Below, piece by piece: positions 10,013-19,036 of a stretch of DNA of 32,000 nt; the stretch's first letter is position 1, and the number at the start of each line of letters is the position of its first letter. This stretch comes from Bacteroides acidifaciens (GTDB lineage: Bacteria; Bacteroidota; Bacteroidia; Bacteroidales; Bacteroidaceae). Location: positions 8,028-40,027 of the forward strand of contig NZ_JANJZR010000025.1 of the NCBI RefSeq assembly GCF_024623065.1, written 5' to 3'. Both the position numbers and the translations under genes were made by a program. Below the pieces are notes generated by a model. The model searched no databases. It was not told the origin of the DNA and saw nothing but the letters and a program-made list of their open reading frames with translations.

Positions 10013-11377
10013 TTATTTATATTGTCTCTCAATCGTACTACCGGGGTAGTAGTGAGATAGTATCTCTTCGTATTTATAACCTTGTTCTCCCATTACGGCA
10101 GCACCAATCTGGCAAAGCCCCACTCCATGACCCCATCCGGCACCGGTGAGGATAAAGCGAGAAGGGATTTCTTGCTCTTCTTCTTCTTCTTTGTATTCCT
10201 TATCCACAACAAAGGCTGAACTGTAGAGATGAGAGGTCGATAGCGTGCGGCGTATTTCCAATTCTTTTCCGATGGTGAGCGTGCGTAGCGTACCTACTAT
10301 CTTCAGTCGGACGAGACGACCGGACGTTCCCCTTTCTATGGGAATTAAATCTATAATTTTCCCGAAATCAATATCCGAGCGTTTGTGAATCAGTTCGGAC
10401 AGTTCTTCTTGCGAATAGCTTACCTTCCAACGATAGAAGTCCGCAGTCTCCTGGTCGTAGTTATTTAAAACCTGACTGAGAATCTTCTTGTCCTGTGTGT
10501 TGCAGAATGCGACGGGCGAAGTGCGTATCCACTTGTCAGCTTCAGCTTCTACGGTCAGGTCAGGTAGTTTGTTTTCTGTTTGGCTGTCCCGTTGTCCGAT
10601 AAGATAGGGATGCCTTACATTCTCCCAGCAGTTCTGGAATTCTTCGAAAGCACCGCCGCAGCATTTGGAGAAGCGGGCGTCACAAATCTTTCTTTCATAC
10701 ATAAGCACCTCACCCCGTGTAGCGGAAACAGCCTCAACAGCCTGCGGAGTTGAGGCACGTGTAATCCCTTGATAACGTTGGCAATGGTCGTCGGCACATA
10801 CGTCAAAGTTCTTGTGGGCTTCATGGTCGTACCATTTGATAAGTTGAGAGTGGAGAGTGGAGAGTGGAGAGTGGGCTGCGTTATCCGGCTGCATAGTAAC
10901 TCTCAACTCTCCATTCTCAACTCTCAACTTGTTAACCACTCTCAACTTGTTAAGTAGCCAGCTTCGGGAGATAACCGCATGTGCTTTCAACAGCTCTAAA
11001 GAGGCCGTTGCACTCATTTCTGATGAAATCACACTGGTGAGATAATCTTCGATGGAAATTATATTGATGGCGGTTAGCTTGTCATCTTCAACGATAATCT
11101 TCAGTTCACCTTTGAACCTTTGCACTTCTTTACGTTCCCAATGGAAGTTGATGCCGATGGTTACGTCTTGCAGTTCAAAAAAAGAAGAAGTATTCTGTCG
11201 GGGAATGAAGGACAATTCATCATATTCTTTTTCCTGCCAATAGATTTTCCCTTTCCGATAAACGGCTTGTTGTATTCCGGAGATTGCTATTCCATCAGAA
11301 GAAATGAATTCATCTGGGAAAGAGAATTGAATCTCTTTCCCGGAAAGAATACCAACTACTATTTGAGGCTCTGTCAT
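10013..11377 (-). CDS. SpoIID/LytB-domain protein with no recognisable signal peptide
   Basis: 454-aa ORF. SpoIID-like motifs: [28 protein letters not shown], and C-terminal [15 protein letters not shown]. The N-terminus [18 protein letters not shown] has no hydrophobic signal. ATGA overlap with the upstream gene. Confidence 0.8.
   Translation of the reverse strand: MTEPQIVVGILSGKEIQFSFPDEFISSDGIAISGIQQAVYRKGKIYWQEKEYDELSFIPRQNTSSFFELQDVTIGINFHWERKEVQRFKGELKIIVEDDKLTAINIISIEDYLTSVISSEMSATASLELLKAHAVISRSWLLNKLRVVNKLRVENGELRVTMQPDNAAHSPLSTLHSQLIKWYDHEAHKNFDVCADDHCQRYQGITRASTPQAVEAVSATRGEVLMYERKICDARFSKCCGGAFEEFQNCWENVRHPYLIGQRDSQTENKLPDLTVEAEADKWIRTSPVAFCNTQDKKILSQVLNNYDQETADFYRWKVSYSQEELSELIHKRSDIDFGKIIDLIPIERGTSGRLVRLKIVGTLRTLTIGKELEIRRTLSTSHLYSSAFVVDKEYKEEEEEQEIPSRFILTGAGWGHGVGLCQIGAAVMGEQGYKYEEILSHYYPGSTIERQYK
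10841..10953 (-). repeat. Hairpin-forming heptamer-repeat element embedded in frame in the SpoIID-domain CDS
   Basis: Left arm 10841-10873 is AAGTT followed by (GAGAGTG)x4. Right arm 10898-10930 is AACTCTC AACTCTC CATTCTC AACTCTC AACTT, the reverse complement with 3 mismatches in 33 nt. The loop is 24 nt. CTCAACTTGTTAA is then duplicated (10923-10935 and 10941-10953). The element translates as [37 protein letters not shown]. Confidence 0.8.
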
Positions 11378-13851
11378 AAGGCGGCTTTAATGCGTTCTGC
11401 TATTTCTTGTAGTTTTTCTTTAGACATCGATACTTCCTGATAGATATCATATACCTTTTCGGGAGTCAGTTTCTCCATATCCTCTTCGCGTACTATAGGG
11501 AATATGCCGTTCATTTCAGCAATAGCAGGACTGATGAGAATTTGTTCGTCTCCTTTGGCGTAATAGCAGTCAGGACGGTGTTTGCTGCGTAAGAAGATGC
11601 AGCATTTGTAAGGGTATCTGGTTGCGGCTTCAAGTTCGTCTTCGTAGTTTTCTCCAAAAAAATCATCGGTGCGTTCCAAGCCATACCAGGCAAGAATATT
11701 CATCATGGGTTCCTTGCCGTTGCTATCGGCGGATAAAATGTCGTAAATCAAATGAAAGGTCTTTGACATTGTTTCCTTACTATCCGCTTGAACATTGATT
11801 AAGCTGACCGGTGCGTATACATAATTTATTTGTAACTTGTCGTCATCTATTAAATCCGTACAATAGTTGGAGAGATCGTAAGAAATTCCAGCCATATCTT
11901 CTTCTTTTGTACAGGCTTGAAAATGGGCATGATCGGGAGCGGAAGCACCACATTCCGGCCCGTTATACATGAGGAAGTATTCTCTCATGATGTCGGTGAA
12001 TTCTATCATGTCATCAAAATATCCTGCTATGGATTGTGGGCGGTGCTCTTTGTCCGCAATGGTGAAGTGGTGTTCAAATACGGGGTAGGGGTTGACCAGT
12101 ATCTGATAATTCTTATAGCTGAGGAATTCTTGTTCTTGCGGACGGTTTTTCTGGCAGAGGAAACAAGGTCGTGAGTGAATAGAGGCAGTATCTGTTTGTG
12201 CCATAGTCGAAAGAATACGTTTCGGGTTAAGGAACGCACCTGCTTCTATGAGGGTCTTGCCTATCCATTTGGAGAGATCTCTTTTTTGCTTTTTATATTG
12301 TTCCAATGTCCGATAATTCTCTTTGGCAAGTTCCCATGAAAGGGTCTGCTTTTGGAATAACTGTTCGATTTCCTGCTGAAAGTTCTCTAATGTCGTTTTT
12401 TGTTGCAGGATGCGCTGTTCCAATTCCCATGTACGGAGCCGGTCTTTGTATAGATTATTCCGGTTGACTTTCTCAACAGGCAACGCGGCATCCGAATTAC
12501 CTTCCCAACGGCGACAGAGGTAGACGACATCATATACCCTCCCGATTTGATAGTCGTGTGAGATTCTCAGGCCGAGTGCATAGTCCTCTCCGTAACTTGT
12601 GTTCGGCACATTGATTTCCCGAAGAATAGGAGTATAAAAAGCTCTCGGTGCTCCCAGTCCATTAATGCGCAAAGCGTTATTCCGTCCGTTATCGGGTGTC
12701 CATTCTTTATGATCGATGATGCCGGGAGCTATCTCGTTCATGTTGAAGTCCGTCATCATGTAAGTGCCGATAACCATCGCGCAATTCTGTTCATAGAAAG
12801 CATTAACCATAATTTGCAGCGTATGTTCGTCTTTATACACGTCGTCGCTATCCAGTTGGACGGCAAACTTTCCGCATTTCTCGTGATGGATACCTACATT
12901 CCAACATCCGCCTATACCGAGATCATCTCTTTCGGGAATGACGTGAATCAGCCGCTTGTCCGAACTAAGTTCACGCAGAGCTTCACTGGTTCCGTCTGTC
13001 GAATGGTTGTCGATGACAATGACATTGAACGGGAAGGTTGTTTGCTGGTTTAGTGCCGAGCGTACGGCATCTTTGATGGTGCGAATGCGGTTGCGTACAG
13101 GTATAATGACAGAAGCTTCATATTCAAAAGTATGGGAAGAGAAGTCTACGGGACAGAAGTTGGGATAAAGATATCCGCCAATCTCTTTCAAATGGTTGGT
13201 GCATGCCTGTTCCATTTCAATCTGTATCTGGCGGTTTTTAGGATCTACATAATCGAACTGCTTTTCACCGCTTTTCCGTTTGTCACTTTCAACTTCCGTA
13301 TATAGATATTCGTTGATATGTACCAGTTTGTTCTTTTGGGATGTTTTAAGTCTCAAATCATACAAGCCTGCATATTGATATTCCTCTTCCGTATCTTTTA
13401 TCGCTTCCTTGAATGTGTTGGCATCGAACAGCAATACCGAACCGAAATCGAAATCATCTCGTAGGCTACCGGGTTGATAGTCAATGACCGGAGCAGGTTT
13501 TAGCACACCGTCCATTTGTTGGTAATGGTCTGCATAGACCATGCCAGCTTGGGTCATTTTCATGACTTGAACCATTCTTTCAAGAGCGAACATGCCCAGT
13601 TGCAGCGCAGTACGTTTGGTGTAAACTAAAGTATATGCTTTATCAGAATGTTCTGCAATAGCCCGCATCGCTTGTGTCGATTGCATTTTCTCTACGGAGA
13701 TGAGTTCGCATCCGGGGATGCAGACATTGGTAATCGGTGATGCCAGTAAATAAATCTTGTCTACCAGCGCCGATGTGCGTAACTCCTTAACCGTCTGTGT
13801 CGTTTCTTCCAACCTGCTGAAAGGAAGAAAACAGTTGATTGTTGCTTTCAT
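11374..13851 (-). CDS. Multidomain protein: N-terminal GT-A-like region, family-2 glycosyltransferase, and a C-terminal HIT/GalT-like nucleotidyl-transferase/phosphorylase domain (DUF4922-like)
   Basis: The ORF track starts at 13923. I prefer the ATG at 13851 (MKATINCF...) because it forms a TAATG junction with the upstream stop. GT2 motifs are SVIIPVRNR...[12 protein letters not shown]...QLDSDD. The C-terminal motif APDHAHFQA (11914-11931) resembles the HxHxQ of GalT, Ap4A phosphorylase and GDP-hexose phosphorylase enzymes. Confidence 0.8.
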   Translation of the reverse strand: MKATINCFLPFSRLEETTQTVKELRTSALVDKIYLLASPITNVCIPGCELISVEKMQSTQAMRAIAEHSDKAYTLVYTKRTALQLGMFALERMVQVMKMTQAGMVYADHYQQMDGVLKPAPVIDYQPGSLRDDFDFGSVLLFDANTFKEAIKDTEEEYQYAGLYDLRLKTSQKNKLVHINEYLYTEVESDKRKSGEKQFDYVDPKNRQIQIEMEQACTNHLKEIGGYLYPNFCPVDFSSHTFEYEASVIIPVRNRIRTIKDAVRSALNQQTTFPFNVIVIDNHSTDGTSEALRELSSDKRLIHVIPERDDLGIGGCWNVGIHHEKCGKFAVQLDSDDVYKDEHTLQIMVNAFYEQNCAMVIGTYMMTDFNMNEIAPGIIDHKEWTPDNGRNNALRINGLGAPRAFYTPILREINVPNTSYGEDYALGLRISHDYQIGRVYDVVYLCRRWEGNSDAALPVEKVNRNNLYKDRLRTWELEQRILQQKTTLENFQQEIEQLFQKQTLSWELAKENYRTLEQYKKQKRDLSKWIGKTLIEAGAFLNPKRILSTMAQTDTASIHSRPCFLCQKNRPQEQEFLSYKNYQILVNPYPVFEHHFTIADKEHRPQSIAGYFDDMIEFTDIMREYFLMYNGPECGASAPDHAHFQACTKEEDMAGISYDLSNYCTDLIDDDKLQINYVYAPVSLINVQADSKETMSKTFHLIYDILSADSNGKEPMMNILAWYGLERTDDFFGENYEDELEAATRYPYKCCIFLRSKHRPDCYYAKGDEQILISPAIAEMNGIFPIVREEDMEKLTPEKVYDIYQEVSMSKEKLQEIAERIKAAL

Positions 13852-14351
13852 TATTTTATTTCTTGTTTTGTAGTATGAGTTGTGTGAGATGTTTCTTTGT
13901 CTTGTCTTTTGATGAGCAAACAAAGCCCGAGGAATGTGAACAAAGCATTGGTAATCAACAACTCGTAACTGATTTGGTAACCGTTGAACCAGGCTCCCGT
14001 CTTATAGGATGAACATCCGAACCTGTTTTCCAGATATTCGTAAATGGAAACCAGATTCATACGATAAAAGAGAGGAACGAGTACAAACGCTATGATAATC
14101 TGCCCGACTATAAATCTCAGTACCATTTGCAGATAAGAAAAACTGCTTGTCTGAACCATACCCGGAACGGAAACAAAAGTAACTCCGGAAATCGTGGAAC
14201 CAATCATGGCAAAGGCGACGATATACCAAGCCGATTTACGGTTTCCTACAAAGAATCCTTCATTGTCGGCTTTACGTCCTGCTATATAAGAGATAGTGAA
14301 CAGGATTATAAAGTATGCCACAATAGTAATGGATATAACGGCTGGGCTCAT
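13851..14351 (-). pseudogene. Sodium:solute symporter (SSS family) remnant, about 166 codons instead of roughly 450-500
   Basis: The N-terminal ~127 aa (MSPAVISITIVAYFIILFTISYIAGRKADNEGFFVGNRKSAWYIVAFAMIGSTISGVTFVSVPG...YEYLENRFG...KTGAWF) look like the start of an SSS transporter. The ORF then runs into one more hydrophobic helix and stops. There is no room for the remaining ~9 TM helices before the next gene. Confidence 0.6.
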
Positions 14352-14399
14352 ATCTGCTGTTTAAATTCGTTTGGGGATAAAATATCCTGAATTATATAG

Positions 14400-14407
14400 C
14401 AAATATA
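14400..14407 (-). promoter_or_regulatory. Candidate -7 box (TATATTTG on the - strand) for the symporter-remnant operon
   Basis: Matches TAnnTTTG about 48 nt upstream of the ATG at 14351. No good -33 TTTG seen. Confidence 0.25.
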
Positions 14408-14640
14408 GTAGTTTTTAATGATATATTCCAATAAATCGGTGTAATAAAGAGAATTCTTCCTCTATAAGCGGGTTTTGTGCAAAGTCTTCCCTGATTTTCT
14501 CCATCAAAGTTTCAAATTCATCATTTTTATTATCACTTGCCATGATAGGGGCCGATGTGTAGAAAGCTAAATATTGAACGAAAAAACGATACTTCCAGTT
14601 TTGAGTGAATGTAAAGAAATGAACAGTGACTGTGGATGAT

Positions 14641-14681
14641 AAAAAATGCCGGATGTAACTCTTCCATTACAACCGGCATTT
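14641..14681 (-). terminator. Rho-independent terminator of the acyl-CoA synthetase gene
   Basis: On the - strand, AAATGCCGG-T-TGTAA ... TTACA-T-CCGGCATTT forms a stem followed by TTTTTT. It starts about 25 nt after the stop codon (14706-14708). Confidence 0.7.
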
Positions 14682-14705
14682 CATTCTGGATAGAACGTTT
14701 CTTGT

Positions 14706-16361
14706 TTATTTCTTATCATTCTGACGAATCTCCACCCGGCGTATCTTACCGCTGATTGTCTTTGGGAGTTCTTCCACGAACTCGATGACACGCGGATATT
14801 TATAAGGAGCAGTCACTTTCTTCACGTGGTTCTGCAATTCCTTAATCAGTTCTTCTCCGGCGCGATTCTTATAGTCTTTGGATAGAACAATCGTGGCTTT
14901 TACCACCTGTCCGCGAATCTCGTCGGGTACTCCGGTGATGGCACATTCCACAACAGCCGGATGAGTCATCAAGGCACTTTCCACTTCGAATGGACCGATG
15001 CGGTAACCGGAACTCTTGATAACGTCGTCTGCACGGCCTACAAACCAGAGATAGCCGTCTTCGTCTTTCCAGGCAACGTCTCCTGTATAATAGATGCCGT
15101 CGTGCCAGGCTTCATGTGTACGTTCCGCATCGCGATAATACTCTTTGAAAAGTCCGAGAGGTTTTCCTTTATGGGTACGGATTACGATTTGCCCCTGTTC
15201 ACCGGCTTCAACGGAACGACCTTCGTGGTCAATCAAGTCAACATCGTATTGAGGGTTCGGCAGCCCCATGCTTCCCGGTTTCGGTTCCATCCATGGCATG
15301 GTGGCGATGGTCAGGGTAGTTTCCGTCTGTCCGAAACCTTCCATCAGTTTGATACCTGTCAGTTTCTTGAATGTATCAAATACGGCAGGGTTCAATGCTT
15401 CTCCGGCAATGGTGCAGTATTTGAGTGAAGACAAGTCGTACTTTGTCAGGTCTTCGTGAATCAGGAAGCGGAAGATGGTAGGAGGCGCGCAGAGAGAGGT
15501 GACATGATAGTTTTGTATCTTTTCAAGAATGTCTCCCGGCGTAAACTTCTCATGGTCGTAGACGAAGATATTGGCTCCGGCAATCCACTGTCCGTAGAGT
15601 TTTCCCCATACAGCTTTTCCCCAGCCGGTATCGGCAATGGTGAGGTGCAGGCTGTTCTCGTTCAGGTTGTGCCAAAAACTACCGGTAACGATATGACCTA
15701 ACGGATAGGTAAAGTCATGTGCCACCATCTTAGGTTCGCCTGTGGTGCCGGAAGTAAAATACATCAGAGAGATGTCGTCGTTAGTGTTCGCATGGCGCGG
15801 ACGTACGAACGGGGCGGCATTCTCGATGCCCTGATGGAAATCTTCGAAGCCTTCCGGGATTTCCGGTCCGACACTGATTAACTTTTCAACCGTGGGACAT
15901 TCGGGAAGAGCCTCTTTGATATGTTGCAGGATGATTCCTTCGCCGGCAGCTACAATCATTTTGATGTCGGCAGCGTTGCAACGATAGATAATATCCTTCT
16001 TGGTCAGCAGGTGAGTAGCCGGAATAACGGTTGCCCCCAGTTTGTGAAGGGCGATAATGCTAAACCAGAACTCATAGCGGCGTTTCAGAATCAGCATCAC
16101 CATGTCGCCCCGACCGATGCCCAGGCTCTGGAAGTAAGAGGCGGTCATATCCGTATAACGCTTCATGTCGGCAAATGAGAATTGGCGGCTCTCGCCTTTG
16201 TCATTTGTCCAAAGCAAAGCGTTCTTGTCAGGTTGTTCGGCGGCCCAGGCGTCTACTACGTCATAGCCGAAGTTGAAGTTCTCCGGAACGTTTATTTTCA
16301 AGTTTTTGATAAAATCCTCTTGTGAGCTGAAAGAGGTCTGTGATAAAAATCTTTCTACCAT
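14706..16361 (-). CDS. AMP-forming acyl-CoA synthetase (medium-chain/ACSM-like)
   Basis: 551-aa ORF with the AMP-binding signature [14 protein letters not shown], plus [25 protein letters not shown] and C-terminal [10 protein letters not shown]. Confidence 0.88.
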   Translation of the reverse strand: MVERFLSQTSFSSQEDFIKNLKINVPENFNFGYDVVDAWAAEQPDKNALLWTNDKGESRQFSFADMKRYTDMTASYFQSLGIGRGDMVMLILKRRYEFWFSIIALHKLGATVIPATHLLTKKDIIYRCNAADIKMIVAAGEGIILQHIKEALPECPTVEKLISVGPEIPEGFEDFHQGIENAAPFVRPRHANTNDDISLMYFTSGTTGEPKMVAHDFTYPLGHIVTGSFWHNLNENSLHLTIADTGWGKAVWGKLYGQWIAGANIFVYDHEKFTPGDILEKIQNYHVTSLCAPPTIFRFLIHEDLTKYDLSSLKYCTIAGEALNPAVFDTFKKLTGIKLMEGFGQTETTLTIATMPWMEPKPGSMGLPNPQYDVDLIDHEGRSVEAGEQGQIVIRTHKGKPLGLFKEYYRDAERTHEAWHDGIYYTGDVAWKDEDGYLWFVGRADDVIKSSGYRIGPFEVESALMTHPAVVECAITGVPDEIRGQVVKATIVLSKDYKNRAGEELIKELQNHVKKVTAPYKYPRVIEFVEELPKTISGKIRRVEIRQNDKK

Positions 16362-16368
16362 GATGTTA

Positions 16369-16923
16369 TTACATAATTACTGCCAGAAAACGTAATGTCT
16401 TGCCATCGAGCGCTTTCATGCCATGTGGAAGTTTGGAATTGAAATAGATGCTGTCGCCTTGGTTGAGGATGATTTCTTTGCCTTCGATGTTGATAAGCAT
16501 CCTGCCTTCGATGACCAGGTTGAACTCTTGTCCGGTGTGTTGGTTGTAGTGGATAGGTTCGTCGTCCCCTTTCGGTTCGACGGTAACGATGAACGGGTCG
16601 GCGGTGCGGTTCATGAAGCCCGATGCCAGTGACTGGTATTTGTAGGCTTTCGTACGTTCGATGCTGACGCCTTTGCCGGCACGGGTCACGAAATAACTGC
16701 TCATCTTAGGTTCTTCGCCGAACATCAGCGTGTCGAGTGAGACATTGTAGGTGCGCGCTATTTTTTGCAGCATGCTGACGGAGATGTCATATTCTCCGGT
16801 CTCTGCACGGCGGTATTCTTCAGCAGAGATGTCGCTTTCGCGGGCAATGTCCTCAGAAGTCAGTTCCAGTACATCACGCAATCCGCGGAGGCGTTCTGCG
16901 ATTTGTTTAATTTGGTCATTCAT
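16369..16923 (-). CDS. XRE-family HTH regulator with C-terminal cupin domain
   Basis: 184-aa ORF. N-terminal HTH_3-like region ([37 protein letters not shown]). C-terminal cupin ([14 protein letters not shown]...[14 protein letters not shown]). Ends 7 nt upstream of the synthetase gene. Confidence 0.85.
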   Translation of the reverse strand: MNDQIKQIAERLRGLRDVLELTSEDIARESDISAEEYRRAETGEYDISVSMLQKIARTYNVSLDTLMFGEEPKMSSYFVTRAGKGVSIERTKAYKYQSLASGFMNRTADPFIVTVEPKGDDEPIHYNQHTGQEFNLVIEGRMLINIEGKEIILNQGDSIYFNSKLPHGMKALDGKTLRFLAVIM

Positions 16924-16943
16924 ATTATTTGGTGATTAATTGT

Positions 16944-16992
16944 TTAGTGGTTAATTATTTATCAGTGATTTAGTTAGTGGTTAATCATTTAT
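16944..16992. repeat. Two 19-bp direct repeats (TTAGTGGTTAAT[T/C]ATTTAT) with 30-bp phasing upstream of the XRE/cupin regulator gene
   Basis: 16944-16962 and 16974-16992 differ at 1 of 19 positions. The proximal copy ends 20 nt from the regulator ATG, and the distal copy overlaps the proC stop codon. Possible operator. Confidence 0.5.
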
Positions 16993-17762
16993 TTGGAGGC
17001 TTTCATGGCTTGGATAACGGCGGAGGTGAATCCGTTGTGTTCCAGTTCATTGATTCCTTTGATGGTGATTCCTCCCGGAGTGGTTACTTTGTCTATTTCC
17101 ACACTGGGGTGGGTGTCGTTGTTTAGAATCAGTGCGGCTGCTCCTTTCAGTGATTGTGCTACCATGGTCATCGCATCCTTCGGACGGATTCCCATTTCGA
17201 TGCCGGCTTGCATGGCTGCCTGAACGTATTTCAATACGTAAGCAATGCCGCAGGAGGCCAGTGCGGTGGCTGCCGCTATCTTATCTTCGGGAATAAGCAT
17301 CACGGTTCCCATCTCGCTGAACAACCGGAGGATGAATTTGTCTTGTTCATCGTTCGTATTGCGGGCGGCAACAAGTGTCATGCTTTCCAGTTCGCTGATA
17401 GCGGTGTTGGGGATAAGGCGGAACATCGGCATTTCCGGTGATACCACATAATGCGCCAGTTCCTCGAAACTGATGCCGGCAGCTACCGAGATGAGTATCT
17501 GTTTGCTTTTCAGTTTCAATTCGCGCATCACCGGTTCTATAAACCATGGTTTGACAGCAAGGATGACAATATCTGCACCTGTGGCAGCTTCCGCGTTATT
17601 GTGAGTTGTAGAGATACCCGGAAATTCCATTTTCAGTTTCTCTAGTTTTCCGGCACTCGGATTGGACACGATGATATCCGCATCGTCTATCAGGCTTCCT
17701 TTTGCCAGGCCGCGGGCTATTGAACCGCCCATGTTTCCTGCACCGATAATGGCTATTTTCAT
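16989..17762 (-). CDS. proC: Pyrroline-5-carboxylate reductase
   Basis: 257-aa ORF with the Rossmann start MKIAIIGAGNMGGSIARGL and C-terminal VTTPGGITIKGINELE, typical of ProC. Confidence 0.9.
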   Translation of the reverse strand: MKIAIIGAGNMGGSIARGLAKGSLIDDADIIVSNPSAGKLEKLKMEFPGISTTHNNAEAATGADIVILAVKPWFIEPVMRELKLKSKQILISVAAGISFEELAHYVVSPEMPMFRLIPNTAISELESMTLVAARNTNDEQDKFILRLFSEMGTVMLIPEDKIAAATALASCGIAYVLKYVQAAMQAGIEMGIRPKDAMTMVAQSLKGAAALILNNDTHPSVEIDKVTTPGGITIKGINELEHNGFTSAVIQAMKASK

Positions 17763-17811
17763 ATTACGCTTGTTTTTAATGAGTTGTCATAGGCAAAGGT
17801 AACGGTAAATT

Positions 17812-17868
17812 GCGAAAAAACAAAAAGCAGCCTGAATAAGAAATAAAATTCTGATAGAGGCTGCTTTT
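17812..17868 (-). terminator. Rho-independent terminator after argD
   Basis: An 11-bp stem AAAAGCAGCCT (17823-17833) / AGGCTGCTTTT (17858-17868) is followed on the - strand by TTTTTGTTTTTT. Confidence 0.65.
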
Positions 17869-17902
17869 ATCGTTGGCTGTTTATTATTAATCAAATGAGC
17901 GG

Positions 17903-19024
17903 TTAAAGTGCTTTCTTGAACCGTGCGAGGAACTCGTCTGCTTCTTCCATGCTGAGGCAGAGGGGCGGCAGAAGACGCAGTACGTTCGTGCCGCTTGCTC
18001 CCGTGAAGACGTGTTCGTCATAGATGAGACGGCTGCGCAATTCCTTGATGGGTTCTTCGAATTCGAGTCCAATCATAAGCCCGCGTCCGCGCACTTCTTT
18101 GATTTGCGGGAATTTCTTCAACTTTTCCAGCAAGTAGTTGCCCACTTTCGCTGCGTTTTCTACCAGGTTTTCCTGTTCGATAACGTCCATTACGGCGAGG
18201 GCTGCCGAGCATGCCAGATGGTTTCCGCCGAAAGTGGTTCCTAGCTGTCCGTACACAGGCTTGAACATCGGACTGATAAGAACGCCCGCCATCGGGAAAC
18301 CGTTGCCGATGCCTTTGGCTACGGTGATAATGTCCGGTCTGATGTCATTGTACTGATGAGCGAAGAATTTGCCGCTACGTCCGTATCCGCTCTGAATCTC
18401 GTCGAGAATCAGGATCGTTCCTGTTTCGCTGCAAGCTTTGCGGAGCTCCTGCATAAATTCGGTGCCCGGTATCTTGATACCGCCTACCCCTTGTATTCCT
18501 TCAATGATAACGGCGCATGTGTCTCCCTTAGACAGTTCCTGTTTCATCGCTTCCACGTCGTTGAGCGGGAGATAGGTGACATGACCGTTATTGTTGATAG
18601 GGGCGATGATGGAAGGATTGTTGGTCGCTTCTACCGCCAGAGACGTCCGTCCGTGGAATGCCTTATTGAAAGAAACCACTTTGGTACGTCCGTTATAGAA
18701 GGAGGCCAGCTTCAAGGCATTCTCGTTCGCTTCGGCTCCACTGTTAATCAGGAACAGGCTGTAGTCTTCGTAGCCGGAAATCTTTCCCAGCCGTTCGGCT
18801 ACCTGTTGTTGCAGCTTGTTGATGACCGAGTTTGAGTAGAAACCAAGATTGGCTACCTGGTTGCCAATCATCTCTACATAGTGAGGGTGTGCATGTCCGA
18901 TAGAGATAACGGCATGACCTCCGTAGAGGTCCAGATATTCCGTTCCGTTCTCATCCCATACTTTGCAACCGTCGCCCTTGACAATGTTGATGTTATATAA
19001 AGGATATACGTCGAATAATTTCAT
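17903..19024 (-). CDS. argD: Class-III aminotransferase, acetyl/succinyl-ornithine aminotransferase
   Basis: 373-aa ORF. Motifs: LDLYGGHAVISIGH, LILDEIQSGYGRSGKFFA, and the PLP-lysine context ITVAKGIGNGFP. Sits in the arg operon. Confidence 0.85.
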   Translation of the reverse strand: MKLFDVYPLYNINIVKGDGCKVWDENGTEYLDLYGGHAVISIGHAHPHYVEMIGNQVANLGFYSNSVINKLQQQVAERLGKISGYEDYSLFLINSGAEANENALKLASFYNGRTKVVSFNKAFHGRTSLAVEATNNPSIIAPINNNGHVTYLPLNDVEAMKQELSKGDTCAVIIEGIQGVGGIKIPGTEFMQELRKACSETGTILILDEIQSGYGRSGKFFAHQYNDIRPDIITVAKGIGNGFPMAGVLISPMFKPVYGQLGTTFGGNHLACSAALAVMDVIEQENLVENAAKVGNYLLEKLKKFPQIKEVRGRGLMIGLEFEEPIKELRSRLIYDEHVFTGASGTNVLRLLPPLCLSMEEADEFLARFKKAL

Positions 19025-19036
19025 AATTCTTTGTTT

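Noticed and set aside
10846-10930. The short tandem repeats might indicate a CRISPR array or a minisatellite
   Set aside because: The repeat unit is only 7 nt with no spacers, and the two arms are mutually complementary. It is a hairpin-type repeat element inside a CDS, not a CRISPR array.
13852-13923. N-terminal 24-codon extension of the GT2 fusion ORF ([14 protein letters not shown]...)
   Set aside because: It overlaps the 3' end of the upstream symporter remnant. The internal ATG at 13851 gives a typical TAATG coupling junction, and the extension is basic low-complexity sequence.
14415-14543. 42-codon acidic - strand ORF (MASDNKNDEFETLMEKIREDFAQNPLIEEEFSLLHRFIGIYH) in the gap between the synthetase terminator and the symporter remnant
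   Set aside because: It is short, with no recognisable motif, and overlaps the putative promoter region of the downstream operon. It could be a real small protein, but the evidence is only an open frame.
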